A stretch of 64,000 bases of DNA from an uncultured Bacteroidota bacterium (GTDB lineage Bacteria; Bacteroidota; Bacteroidia; UKL13-3). Below are positions 1 to 9,101 of the stretch, piece after piece (position 1 is the first letter of the stretch; each line of letters begins with the position of its first letter). Location of the stretch: NCBI GenBank assembly GCA_903850915.1, contig CAINMV010000010.1, positions 980-64,979 on the forward strand, read 5' to 3'. A program made the translations under genes and the position numbers. The notes beneath the pieces are model-generated. The model saw only the letters and a list, made by a program, of their open reading frames with translations. It was not told the DNA's origin and did no database searches.

Positions 1-774
1 AACTAAGGGTGGGATGTTCTCGCCTAAATTACGCACAAACTGATTCAACACTTTAAAGCCATCATTAAAATCCATCTCATCAAACATACCCTCAAAATCA
101 CTGATGTCGGTTTTGTACTTAATGCCAACGATAGGCTCTAGCAAATTCTCTGTGTCTGGAAAATACTGATTTAAAAAATAAATGATCAAATCTCTAGCTC
201 GAGCATTGTAATGACTATACATGGTGACTTTTCCAAAAAAATATTTGATGTGAGGGTAGTCAACCACAATAGCGCCTAGGCCATCCCAAATATTGTCTAA
301 GGCAAAAATGCCTTTCCTCGGATTTACAGAGGGTTGAAAATTGGGCTGAACCCAACTCCTGCCTAACTCGATGGTATATGGCAGATAGTTGTCGGTGAAG
401 TTTTGCGAAAACCGGAAGTAGTTGGCTGTAGAAAGGTGGGCTTCATGATGTTGCAAGTCTAATGTCTTTGCGCACTCAATAAAGCGATACCCACCTATAA
501 TTTCTCGCTCCTCCGGACAGTAAACAACCAACTGCTCATAACAAATGGGGTCGGTATCGAAGTTGTCAATATCCATTTCCTCACCAGTGCCACCTCCTGC
601 AGCGCGAAATGTAACCTCTCGCAAACGTGCTATTTCAAGCATCACATGCGGTGAATTATGATTGTTAACAATATAAATCTCATTGTGGCCTTTGTTAGTT
701 TTACGCACAAAACGGCTCGAGTTAAGCTCTGCGGCAATGATATCTTTGTCGATAGAAGGTATAATTTGCTTCAA
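1..774 (-). CDS. GNAT-like N-acyltransferase (OlsB/GlsB hemolysin-type), 3' partial at window edge; probable TTG start at 772-774
   Basis: Open reading frame on the minus strand runs from about 774 to beyond position 1, immediately downstream of the lysophospholipid acyltransferase gene. Manual translation has GNAT-like features (..GGYRF..). The adjacent pairing matches the GlsB/GlsA (OlsB/OlsA) arrangement of Bacteroidota. Confidence 0.45.
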   Translation of the reverse strand, partial: MKQIIPSIDKDIIAAELNSSRFVRKTNKGHNEIYIVNNHNSPHVMLEIARLREVTFRAAGGGTGEEMDIDNFDTDPICYEQLVVYCPEEREIIGGYRFIECAKTLDLQHHEAHLSTANYFRFSQNFTDNYLPYTIELGRSWVQPNFQPSVNPRKGIFALDNIWDGLGAIVVDYPHIKYFFGKVTMYSHYNARARDLIIYFLNQYFPDTENLLEPIVGIKYKTDISDFEGMFDEMDFNDGFKVLNQFVRNLGENIPPLV

Positions 775-785
775 AATATTTAATG

Positions 786-1613
786 TTATTTTATAAATTC
801 CTTTAAGTTATATAACAACTGTTTTACCCAAGCGGCCCATTGCTCATCGGTTTTTGATTTTGTAAAAGTAGCAGGTTCTATCAAATTACCAAAAACAATG
901 GTAATATGTTTGCCCTTTTGCTTATACATCTCATCTACTAAAAACATCATTTCGATATTGAGCTTAATGCCCAAAAGAGTTCGAAATCGACTGAGATTAT
1001 AAAAAAAATCGCTGTTACGGGCATGGATATATACTGGCAAAACTGGCTTATTGAATTTTTTAGCTCGTGAAACAAAAGTTTTTTTCCAAACTAAATCTTC
1101 AATCTCACCATTAGACTGCCGGCGAGAAACTAATCCTGCTGGGAAAAGCAAGATGAGTTGATCTGAAGAAAATAAATCATTAATCAACTTAAAGGATTCG
1201 GCCGACATCTTACCAAATTTATTGACGCCAACAATTACATCATTTAAATTATGTAAGTTAGTAAGCAAGTCATTGGCGATAAACTTAATGTCTTTGCGGA
1301 TTTTCTGCAATTCTGTTACCAAACAAATCGACTCTAAAGCACCCAAAGGATGGTTGCACACCAAAATGCAGCCACCAGTTTTAGGCACGTTTTGCAATTG
1401 CATTACATCAAAGGTCATTTCTACCTTTTTTAATACACCTTCGCAAAATTGAAAGGCATTATCATGATAATGAGCTTCTATAAAGGCATTTGTTTCATCT
1501 TGATGAATTATTCGCTTTAAATAGCGAATCACAAACGCTGGAATAATTTTGTAGAGTGTTGGGTTTTTCGACTGAAACAACCTGTCTAAATCTATTAACT
1601 TTTTCTCATCCAT
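786..1613 (-). CDS. lysophospholipid (1-acylglycerol-3-phosphate type) acyltransferase, GlsA/OlsA/PlsC-like
   Basis: 275 aa with an acyltransferase HX4D-like block (CNHPLGALE) and a hydrophobic phospholipid-binding region. Tightly linked to the N-acyltransferase gene. Confidence 0.6.
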   Translation of the reverse strand: MDEKKLIDLDRLFQSKNPTLYKIIPAFVIRYLKRIIHQDETNAFIEAHYHDNAFQFCEGVLKKVEMTFDVMQLQNVPKTGGCILVCNHPLGALESICLVTELQKIRKDIKFIANDLLTNLHNLNDVIVGVNKFGKMSAESFKLINDLFSSDQLILLFPAGLVSRRQSNGEIEDLVWKKTFVSRAKKFNKPVLPVYIHARNSDFFYNLSRFRTLLGIKLNIEMMFLVDEMYKQKGKHITIVFGNLIEPATFTKSKTDEQWAAWVKQLLYNLKEFIK

Positions 1614-1658
1614 AGTGTATATAACCTTTCTTGCTTATCTTTGTTACGTTAATTTAAC

Positions 1659-2321
1659 ATGATAGCTCGCGAATATATTGATAAAAATCTGCAACCGCTT
1701 CCCGCAAACGACACGGTTGAGCTTACCTTAAATTATTTATTGCAACATCAGCTCAGTCAAGCCTTCATCTTTAAGGACGACAAAACGTTAAACCTCATTA
1801 AACTTAACGATATTTTTTTTCAGGATAAAGAGAGGTCAACAATAGAATTCTCATCTGAATTCACCTTAAAACTTACCGGCGATTTGCATTGGAGCCAATT
1901 TCTAGGTTTCTTTAAATTACTAAACCTTGAAATATTACCCGTTTACTCCTTAAATTATGAATTTGTGGGGTTTATTCAAAAGGCATCACTTATAGCAAAC
2001 CTTAACGATTTAAATTATCTTGAAGAACCGGGAGCAATTATTATGTTAGAATGTAGTCCTAACTACTATGCGGCATCCGAAGTAGTTCGTATTGCTGAAA
2101 TGTATAACGGGAGAATTATTGCTCTTTTTACGCATTTCGATGTGCTCACCCAAAAGCTGATTATTACGCTAAAGCTTAATCTACAAGAAACAAGGGGCCT
2201 TTCCAATACCTTCGAACGCTTTGGATACGATGTGATTCATATTTTTATGAATAAAGATTTAAATGATGAAGTTTACACAGAACGTTATGAATCGCTTTTA
2301 AGAACTCTCGATATTAAATAA
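1659..2321 (+). CDS. conserved protein upstream of nadK (CBS-domain-like, uncertain)
   Basis: 220 aa ORF with good coding character, 9 nt upstream of nadK. Proteins in this conserved position in Bacteroidota are usually annotated CBS-domain proteins. No motif verified. Confidence 0.4.
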   Translation: MIAREYIDKNLQPLPANDTVELTLNYLLQHQLSQAFIFKDDKTLNLIKLNDIFFQDKERSTIEFSSEFTLKLTGDLHWSQFLGFFKLLNLEILPVYSLNYEFVGFIQKASLIANLNDLNYLEEPGAIIMLECSPNYYAASEVVRIAEMYNGRIIALFTHFDVLTQKLIITLKLNLQETRGLSNTFERFGYDVIHIFMNKDLNDEVYTERYESLLRTLDIK

Positions 2322-2330
2322 CGATTAACC

Positions 2331-3206
2331 ATGCGCATTGCCATCTATAGCCGAATACTGAGAAATGAGTGCCTGCCTTCAGTAGTGAAGCTTATCACCC
2401 TCTTTCGCAAGAAAAAAGCAACGGTTATTGTACACTCCACATTATTCACCCAGATTAAACCTCTTCTTCAAAAAAACGATACTATTCAATTTTTTGATGG
2501 CGACCTGGAACTTAAGGATGCTGAAATGATAATCTCCATTGGCGGTGACGGAACCTTGCTCGATACGTTATTGTTGCTTAAAAATCGTGAAATTCCAGTT
2601 CTTGGAATTAACACTGGCAGGCTTGGTTTTTTAGCCAATGCCCCGTTCGAAGATTTTGAAGCTATTGTGAGTAATATTATGAACCGCCACTACCTTCTTG
2701 AAAAAAGGAGCTTAATTGAATTCAAAAGCAATTCCGATTTATTTGGCAACGATATTTGGGCGCTCAACGACTTTGTAATTCACAAAAAAGAGAGCTCAAG
2801 CATGATTACGATTAACACCTTTTTAAATGGTGAGTTTTTAAATACTTATTGGGCCGATGGGCTTATTGTAAGCACTCCTACTGGCTCTACCGGATATTCA
2901 CTTTCCTGTGGTGGTCCAATCATATTCCCCGACTCTGCAAATTTGGTTATCACGCCTATCGCACCGCACAATCTTAATGTTCGACCAATCGTGGTTTCCG
3001 ACGAAGATGTGATTTCGTTCGAAGTCGAAGGCCGTGTAAATTCCTTTTTAGCAAGTTTAGACTCAAGGTCGGTACCTTTCGAATCGAACATCGAAATTGC
3101 CGTAAAAAGGGCCTCACATAGCTTTATTTTAATGCGTTTTAATGAAGATAACTTCCTAACTACACTTCGCAACAAACTTTCATGGGGAAATGACACCCGA
3201 AATTAA
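2331..3206 (+). CDS. nadK: NAD(+) kinase
   Basis: GGDGTLL and NTGRLGFL motifs; 291 aa. Confidence 0.9.
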   Translation: MRIAIYSRILRNECLPSVVKLITLFRKKKATVIVHSTLFTQIKPLLQKNDTIQFFDGDLELKDAEMIISIGGDGTLLDTLLLLKNREIPVLGINTGRLGFLANAPFEDFEAIVSNIMNRHYLLEKRSLIEFKSNSDLFGNDIWALNDFVIHKKESSSMITINTFLNGEFLNTYWADGLIVSTPTGSTGYSLSCGGPIIFPDSANLVITPIAPHNLNVRPIVVSDEDVISFEVEGRVNSFLASLDSRSVPFESNIEIAVKRASHSFILMRFNEDNFLTTLRNKLSWGNDTRN

Positions 3207-3242
3207 TCTTAGTCTCTAACCCTGTAAAATGTTTTTTATAAC

Positions 3243-4097
3243 TTGAATTCTAAACAATATCATCGCAAAGCCAAACTAAATTTCAAATTGCCTTTTTTAT
3301 TGGCGCTTTTTGCTTTTAAAACAATGGTAACAAAAGCCCAGAAATGGGAAGCAGGCATTCTTGCTGGCCCAATTGCCTATCGCGGCGATTTGGCTAAGCC
3401 TATGATTCAAGTGCAAGAAATCAAAATGCATTTTGGACTTGTTGGTGGATATGTATTTAACTCAAGAATTGCGCTTAAAAATGAATTAAACTTTGGAGCT
3501 ATTGGAGGTAACGACAAATATGCCCCAAATACACTCTCTGGATTTGAACACCAAGATCGCAACTTGAATTTCAAATCAAATTTAGTTGATTTTACTTCTC
3601 GACTAGAATTTAACTTTTTGAAGCCAAAAAGCAAACTACAGAAAAATTTTGTTACCCCATTTATCACCTTTGGTATCGGTGTTTTTCATTTCGACCCATA
3701 CACATATTACAACAACGAAAAAATCTATTTGCATAAGCTCCAAACTGAGCTTGATAAACCTCTATATGCATTAACACAATTGTGTATTCCTGTTGGTGGT
3801 GGATTAAAAATTGGCTTGGAAAACAACTTCACTTTGGGCCTCATCTATGAAGCAAAATACACAAAAACCGACTACATTGATGATGTGTCGCATAACTGGC
3901 AATCGAATGTTACCTCCGGAAGCCTAGGCCAATCGCTTACATATAGAGGCGATAAATCTTTACCACGTCATAATAATAACCCCATAGACCCCACAAGCAC
4001 GAATAGAGGCGACCCCACCAATCATGATAACTATGTCACCTTTTCTTTCTCCTTGATAAAAACAATATATAAGGCTCCGCCTTGCGGCCGTTTTTAA
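3243..4097 (+). CDS. outer-membrane beta-barrel protein (hypothetical)
   Basis: N-terminal signal-like segment, alternating beta-strand pattern, aromatic-rich. Sits where Flavobacteria-type OMP genes follow nadK. Confidence 0.5.
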   Translation: MNSKQYHRKAKLNFKLPFLLALFAFKTMVTKAQKWEAGILAGPIAYRGDLAKPMIQVQEIKMHFGLVGGYVFNSRIALKNELNFGAIGGNDKYAPNTLSGFEHQDRNLNFKSNLVDFTSRLEFNFLKPKSKLQKNFVTPFITFGIGVFHFDPYTYYNNEKIYLHKLQTELDKPLYALTQLCIPVGGGLKIGLENNFTLGLIYEAKYTKTDYIDDVSHNWQSNVTSGSLGQSLTYRGDKSLPRHNNNPIDPTSTNRGDPTNHDNYVTFSFSLIKTIYKAPPCGRF

Positions 4098-4116
4098 ATG
4101 CTAAAAAATGGAGGGA

Positions 4117-4749
4117 TTATGCTTCTAATAAAAACACAAACATCTCTTTGGGACCATGCGCACCTAAAACTAAGGTTTTCTCAATATCTGAAGTTCTGCT
4201 CGGTCCAGTTGTAATGCTTAATAAACTAGGCATGGTGCCATTGTATTTGTTTCTGACATGCTGTAACGCATCTTTTATCTCCGGAAATAGTTGATTGGTA
4301 TAGGCTATTACAATATGTACCGGCGCATATACACTTAATCGCCTGCCGCTTTCCGTGGCAGACGTAATTAAAACACTTCCGGTTCTTGCAATTAGTGCTT
4401 CACAACTTGTAATACTAACACCTATTTCTCGCAATCGAGCTTCATTAAACTCATAATCAATTCCTGACTCTTCGAGCATGTTTTGTATCGATTTCTCTAA
4501 ACAAAAAACACCAGAATATCGTGCCAATAAAGATTTTAAATTTTGACCAAAGGCCTGCATGTTTTCGTTGTATATAAATTTCCCATTTACTGCTGAAAAT
4601 GCTTGCGCAAATTGAACAGCATCATCTTCCGCACTTTGCACGTAGAGGTTGGTGTCCAAGTCGATATCCGCAAACTTATAATCAGTCTTATAAATAAGCG
4701 CTTGGCGAATCCGCTTTAATATTTTTTCTTTTGATGTAGCCTCCTTCAT
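4117..4749 (-). CDS. LUD-domain (LutC/YkgG-like) protein
   Basis: 210 aa with LutC-like sequence character (..GAHGPKE..); stand-alone. Confidence 0.55.
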   Translation of the reverse strand: MKEATSKEKILKRIRQALIYKTDYKFADIDLDTNLYVQSAEDDAVQFAQAFSAVNGKFIYNENMQAFGQNLKSLLARYSGVFCLEKSIQNMLEESGIDYEFNEARLREIGVSITSCEALIARTGSVLITSATESGRRLSVYAPVHIVIAYTNQLFPEIKDALQHVRNKYNGTMPSLLSITTGPSRTSDIEKTLVLGAHGPKEMFVFLLEA

Positions 4750-4825
4750 TTATAGGGATGCAATTTTCTACAAAGATAAAAGTCATTAACTAAGCAATTC
4801 TATCTTAAAAGCCTACTTTTGCACC

Positions 4826-5131
4826 ATGGTAGTATACAATGTAACTATTAATGTACACGAATCAGCACATGTAAAATGGCTCCAATGGATGAAAGATGTT
4901 CATCTTCCAAAAGTAATGGACACAAAAATGTTCCGTTCCTATTCCATATTTAAGCTTCTCACCCGACAAGATGATGAGGAGGGCGTAACCTATTGTATAC
5001 AGTACTTTTGCGACAATGAGGCAAATTACGATAACTATAAAACCAACTTTGCACCTACCCTTCAGGCAGAGACGCAACAGTTGTTTGCTGGTCAATTTCA
5101 CGCCTTCCGGACGCTAATGGAAGAGGTTTAA
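4826..5131 (+). CDS. DUF4286-like small protein
   Basis: 101 aa, VHxxxHxxWLxW N-terminal pattern typical of DUF4286. Confidence 0.45.
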   Translation: MVVYNVTINVHESAHVKWLQWMKDVHLPKVMDTKMFRSYSIFKLLTRQDDEEGVTYCIQYFCDNEANYDNYKTNFAPTLQAETQQLFAGQFHAFRTLMEEV

Positions 5132-5169
5132 TTGAAAAAGAACGAAAACTTTTGAACGTTAAGATCGAA

Positions 5170-6546
5170 TTATGATTCTTTTTGCATTTCTGCAAAAAAC
5201 TTAAAGAAATACGGAATCGTTTCTATACCTTTATAATAATTGAAGATATCGTATTTCTCATTAGGGCTATGAAGGTTATCGCTATCTAACCCAAAGCCAA
5301 ACAACATGCTTTTTAACCCTAACTCTCGCTCAAAGAGTGCGACAATTGGAATACTACCTCCGCTACGTGTTGGCACTGGCTTTTTGCCAAAGGTGGCCTC
5401 AATAGCCTTTGAACCCGCTAAATAGGGTATCGAATCGGTTGGGGTAAGATATGGCTCTCCCCCATGGTGAGCGGTTACTTTAACTTTTACAGTGGGTGGT
5501 GCTATCTTATTAAAATGTTCAGAAAAAATCCTAGAGATTGTATCACTATTTTGATTCGGAACCAAGCGCATACTAATTTTAGCATTGGCTTTAGAAGGCA
5601 ATACGGTTTTTGCGCCTTCGCCGGTGTAGCCACTCCAAATACCATTTACTTCCAATGTAGGCCTTGTCCCTGTTCGCTCTAAGGTACTAAAGCCTTTTTC
5701 TCCCCATTCCGTAGCAATACCCAAATCGTCATTATATTCATTTTGATTGAACGGCGCTGCATTCAAATCGCTACGTTCTTCTTGTGTCAAACCGATCACA
5801 TCATTATAAAACCCTGGAATCGCGATGTGGTTATTTTCATCATGCAAGGAAGCAATAAGTTTTGCGAGTATCGTTGCCGGATTGGCAACAGCCCCACCAT
5901 ACACACCACTATGTAAGTCTCGGTTCGGGCCTACTACCTCTACCTCCATATACGCCAAGCCTCGCAAGCCAACATCTAAACTCGGTGTTTCCATACTTAT
6001 CATCGAGGTGTCTGAAATTAAAATTACATCTGCTTTCAATCTTGACTTATTTTCAACCACAAACTTACCTAAATTAATACTGCCTACCTCTTCTTCACCT
6101 TCAATCATAAACTTAATATTGCAGGCCAATGTGCCCGTTTGCATCATGGTTTCAAAGGCTTTCACGTGCATATACATCTGTCCTTTGTCATCACAGGCAC
6201 CACGTGCGAATATCTTACCTTCTTTTATCATCGGCTCAAAAGGTGGAGAATTCCATAGCTCCAAAGGATCGGCTGGCTGCACGTCATAATGCCCATATAC
6301 CAATACAGTTGGAAAATTAGGGTTGATTATTTTCTCGCCATAAACAATGGGATGACCTGCTGTTGCGCATACTTCTACAAGGTCGGCACCGGCAGCACGC
6401 AATCGGCTGGCTACCATTTCAGCACAATGTATCATATCGTTGTTATGCTCACTTCTTGCGCTCACGCTAGGAATGCGCAACAAATCAAGTAACTCACTCA
6501 AAAAACGGTCTTTGTTATTGGCTATATATTCGGAAGGTGTATTCAT
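5170..6546 (-). CDS. M20 family dipeptidase (PepV/ArgE/DapE superfamily)
   Basis: 458 aa with metal-binding blocks HYDVQP, GACDDKG and EGEEEVGS. Confidence 0.85.
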   Translation of the reverse strand: MNTPSEYIANNKDRFLSELLDLLRIPSVSARSEHNNDMIHCAEMVASRLRAAGADLVEVCATAGHPIVYGEKIINPNFPTVLVYGHYDVQPADPLELWNSPPFEPMIKEGKIFARGACDDKGQMYMHVKAFETMMQTGTLACNIKFMIEGEEEVGSINLGKFVVENKSRLKADVILISDTSMISMETPSLDVGLRGLAYMEVEVVGPNRDLHSGVYGGAVANPATILAKLIASLHDENNHIAIPGFYNDVIGLTQEERSDLNAAPFNQNEYNDDLGIATEWGEKGFSTLERTGTRPTLEVNGIWSGYTGEGAKTVLPSKANAKISMRLVPNQNSDTISRIFSEHFNKIAPPTVKVKVTAHHGGEPYLTPTDSIPYLAGSKAIEATFGKKPVPTRSGGSIPIVALFERELGLKSMLFGFGLDSDNLHSPNEKYDIFNYYKGIETIPYFFKFFAEMQKES

Positions 6547-6608
6547 ATAGTATGGGTGTTATTAAACGACGTAAAAGAAGCAAAAAATATTGAAAGCAAA
6601 AAGCAGGA

Positions 6609-6869
6609 ATGCTTAACTTTGCAAACAAATCAAACACATCAACTATGGAAGGTCAAGCACCAAAAGAAACAGGATTTGAGAAATTCATACGCATTTTAGG
6701 TATGATAATGTCTTTTGTATATGTAGTTATTGGCGTTGCGTTATTCACCAAGGCCATCAACTTGTCGATTGATGAAACATATTCAAAAATCCTTGGCATT
6801 GGATTGGTGGCTTACGGCGCCTTTCGGTTTTACAGAGCATTTAAGGGCCCGAACACCGAAACCAGATAG
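6609..6869 (+). CDS. small membrane protein (hypothetical)
   Basis: 86 aa with two predicted TM helices; intergenic position; no known motif. Confidence 0.3.
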   Translation: MLNFANKSNTSTMEGQAPKETGFEKFIRILGMIMSFVYVVIGVALFTKAINLSIDETYSKILGIGLVAYGAFRFYRAFKGPNTETR

Positions 6870-6900
6870 TTTGGCAACATTAAACGATATAAACTAATAG

Positions 6901-7740
6901 TTACTTTACTAATAGCATATACAAATACGCTGCAGGCATTGCCATTAAAAAACCATCAAAACGATCAAGAAAACCGCCATGACCGGGCAATAAACGACCA
7001 CTATCTTTAATATTGAGACTTCTTTTTAACTGAGATTCGATAAGATCTCCCAGTGTTGAAAAAATGGCGATTGTGAGTCCCAATCCACAATATAGCAATG
7101 GGGATGAATGAAGAACATACTTACCATAAGGAGCAGCAATAAGCATACATAATACCAAGCCACCAATGGTACCCTCCCAGCTTTTTTTCGGCGAGATGCG
7201 CTCAAACAATCTAGTTTTACCAAATAAGCTACCCGCAATATAAGCACCGGTGTCGTTAACCCAAACCAATATAAAAAGCAAAATTGCAAAAACTGGTCGA
7301 CTATAATCGTAATAGGCATCTACATTAAACACAAACAATAAAAGAGAGGCACTAACATAAAGATAACCCAAAAAGGCAAAAGCCATATTGGCAAATGGCG
7401 TGGACGAGCGGTAAAAGAGTTGTAAAAAAAGCAAAACATAGCATCCTGTTGCAAAGCCCATAAAAAGTATACGTTGCACCTGCATTGTATTAAATACAAT
7501 CTCGCATAAAAAAATACTCGTGATGGGTAAAACACCAAGTATCGTTGCAAAAACCCTAAAAAATGGCTGGTTTTCCTCTAAAGTGAGTGAATAAAACTCA
7601 TACAAGCAGAGACCAGTAATGGCAATGGCAAGTATATAGAAAGTATATACATGGATAAAAACAGAAGCAATAATTACACCAACAAAGAAAAAACCAGTGA
7701 GTGTTCTAGTTTGAAAGTTTTTATCTTGGAGTAAACGCAT
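6901..7740 (-). CDS. cdsA: phosphatidate cytidylyltransferase (CDP-diglyceride synthase); start trimmed to Met at 7738-7740
   Basis: C-terminal GHGGFLDRFDG signature, multi-TM. The ORF in the track extends to 7833, but the internal Met gives a canonical ~280 aa protein. Confidence 0.85.
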   Translation of the reverse strand: MRLLQDKNFQTRTLTGFFFVGVIIASVFIHVYTFYILAIAITGLCLYEFYSLTLEENQPFFRVFATILGVLPITSIFLCEIVFNTMQVQRILFMGFATGCYVLLFLQLFYRSSTPFANMAFAFLGYLYVSASLLLFVFNVDAYYDYSRPVFAILLFILVWVNDTGAYIAGSLFGKTRLFERISPKKSWEGTIGGLVLCMLIAAPYGKYVLHSSPLLYCGLGLTIAIFSTLGDLIESQLKRSLNIKDSGRLLPGHGGFLDRFDGFLMAMPAAYLYMLLVK

Positions 7741-7850
7741 ATGGAAGTGATTATAAAGTACAAATGAAATCAATTTTCCTAAACATAACATAAAAAAATC
7801 TCTGGCTGCCATAACAACCAAAGATTTTAACAAACAAGCTCAATCTCATG

Positions 7851-8111
7851 TTATCTTTTATAACGCCTCATCGCGCGCCTGTCGTGGCGAAGTTCACGTG
7901 CATGATGTTTGGCCTTTAAGGGTTGACCGGCTTTTAAATCATGGCGAAGACGACGCTTATCGCGACGGAGCTCACGACGTTCATGTCGCAGCTCATGCCG
8001 ATGATGACAAACAGTTACAATATGCATCCGTGGTGGTAATATTTCATGTGCATTAATAGCTCTAAGCCCAACAATAAAACTAAGCAGTACTGTGATAATT
8101 AATTTTTTCAT
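7851..8111 (-). CDS. secreted, extremely basic His/Arg-rich small protein (hypothetical)
   Basis: Start placed at MKKLIITVLLSFIVGLRAINA, a signal peptide. The mature ~64 aa part is dominated by H/R/K with ELRH(D/E)RR-like periodic repeats. 55 nt downstream of the lipoprotein gene on the same strand. Confidence 0.45.
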   Translation of the reverse strand: MKKLIITVLLSFIVGLRAINAHEILPPRMHIVTVCHHRHELRHERRELRRDKRRLRHDLKAGQPLKAKHHARELRHDRRAMRRYKR

Positions 8112-8166
8112 AGACAATTGGGTTTGAAATTTAAAGTTAATCGAATCGTGTTTATCAGCGAAAAGG

Positions 8167-8988
8167 TTATCTCTTAATTTTAAAAACAACGGTTTGCTTT
8201 CCTACTGTAAGCGTTCCTTGATCATCACAATTGCCATTACCATAATCAATTGTGCGAGTGAGTTTTCCGGTAGGAGTAATTTCTATTGTTCCTGAAGTGA
8301 TATGATATTGGCAGCCAAAATCTACATTGATGGCTTTAGTGATAAGCATAGTATATGCATTGTTGTTGCCATCAGTTCCACTTCCACTACCCGTAATATT
8401 ATAAATATCATCTAAAACTGTTGGGGTATTCGCCCCTTGAATCCATTCGCGGGTTCTAGTGCTATTCCAAGTAATTATTTTACCTGTGGTTTTGGTAATT
8501 TTTGCATTGGTAATAATTACGTTAAAATACAAATGACCAGCATTGTTTAATCCCATATTTGTAACTGTTTTAGTGCCTTCAATTTTATTGTCGTTTTGAT
8601 AGAAGTTATTAAACGTATGGGTAATTACGGTTCCTGTCTGGCGGTATCTGCCAGTCCAGGTGATGATTATACTTCCTCTGCGGTATTTACCGTCGACTCC
8701 CAAACAATTGGTTGTTCCAAAATCAAGTGTCATGCTGTGCGGTGTACTTGCGGTATCGATGGTCACTGCTGGACATGTTCCATTGGTTTTCATTAGGCCG
8801 TTTTCATAAGCCGAAATGTCAACAATTTTTGATTCGTCGCTGAAATTAGCCTCTGCTGTAGCGTCATCCGAAGCAACACTTTCTTCCGTGGTGGTGTCTG
8901 TGTTTTTATTACACGAACTTACGATAACGAAGACTAATAAAAAACTAAAAATTGCCAATACTAAGATTTTTGCGTTTTTTGCTTTCAT
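8167..8988 (-). CDS. lipoprotein (hypothetical, Thr/Asn-rich beta protein)
   Basis: Signal peptide plus lipobox (VSSC), Thr-rich linker, then a beta-rich body. Confidence 0.55.
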   Translation of the reverse strand: MKAKNAKILVLAIFSFLLVFVIVSSCNKNTDTTTEESVASDDATAEANFSDESKIVDISAYENGLMKTNGTCPAVTIDTASTPHSMTLDFGTTNCLGVDGKYRRGSIIITWTGRYRQTGTVITHTFNNFYQNDNKIEGTKTVTNMGLNNAGHLYFNVIITNAKITKTTGKIITWNSTRTREWIQGANTPTVLDDIYNITGSGSGTDGNNNAYTMLITKAINVDFGCQYHITSGTIEITPTGKLTRTIDYGNGNCDDQGTLTVGKQTVVFKIKR

Positions 8989-9101
8989 GGTAAAGAATAA
9001 ATTAATTGTTAATGGTTTTGAAGGACTTAGTGCTTTTGAATTGCAAATTTACACCCCTTTGACGTTGCAATAAAGAAAAGGTTTATTAACCGTCGTAAAT
9101 T

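Noticed and set aside
2846-3196. 116-aa ORF antisense to nadK, and similar antisense ORFs inside the M20 peptidase, TPR protein, tuf, mutase and AAA+ genes
   Set aside because: These are fully nested opposite strong, motif-bearing genes, with no independent signals.
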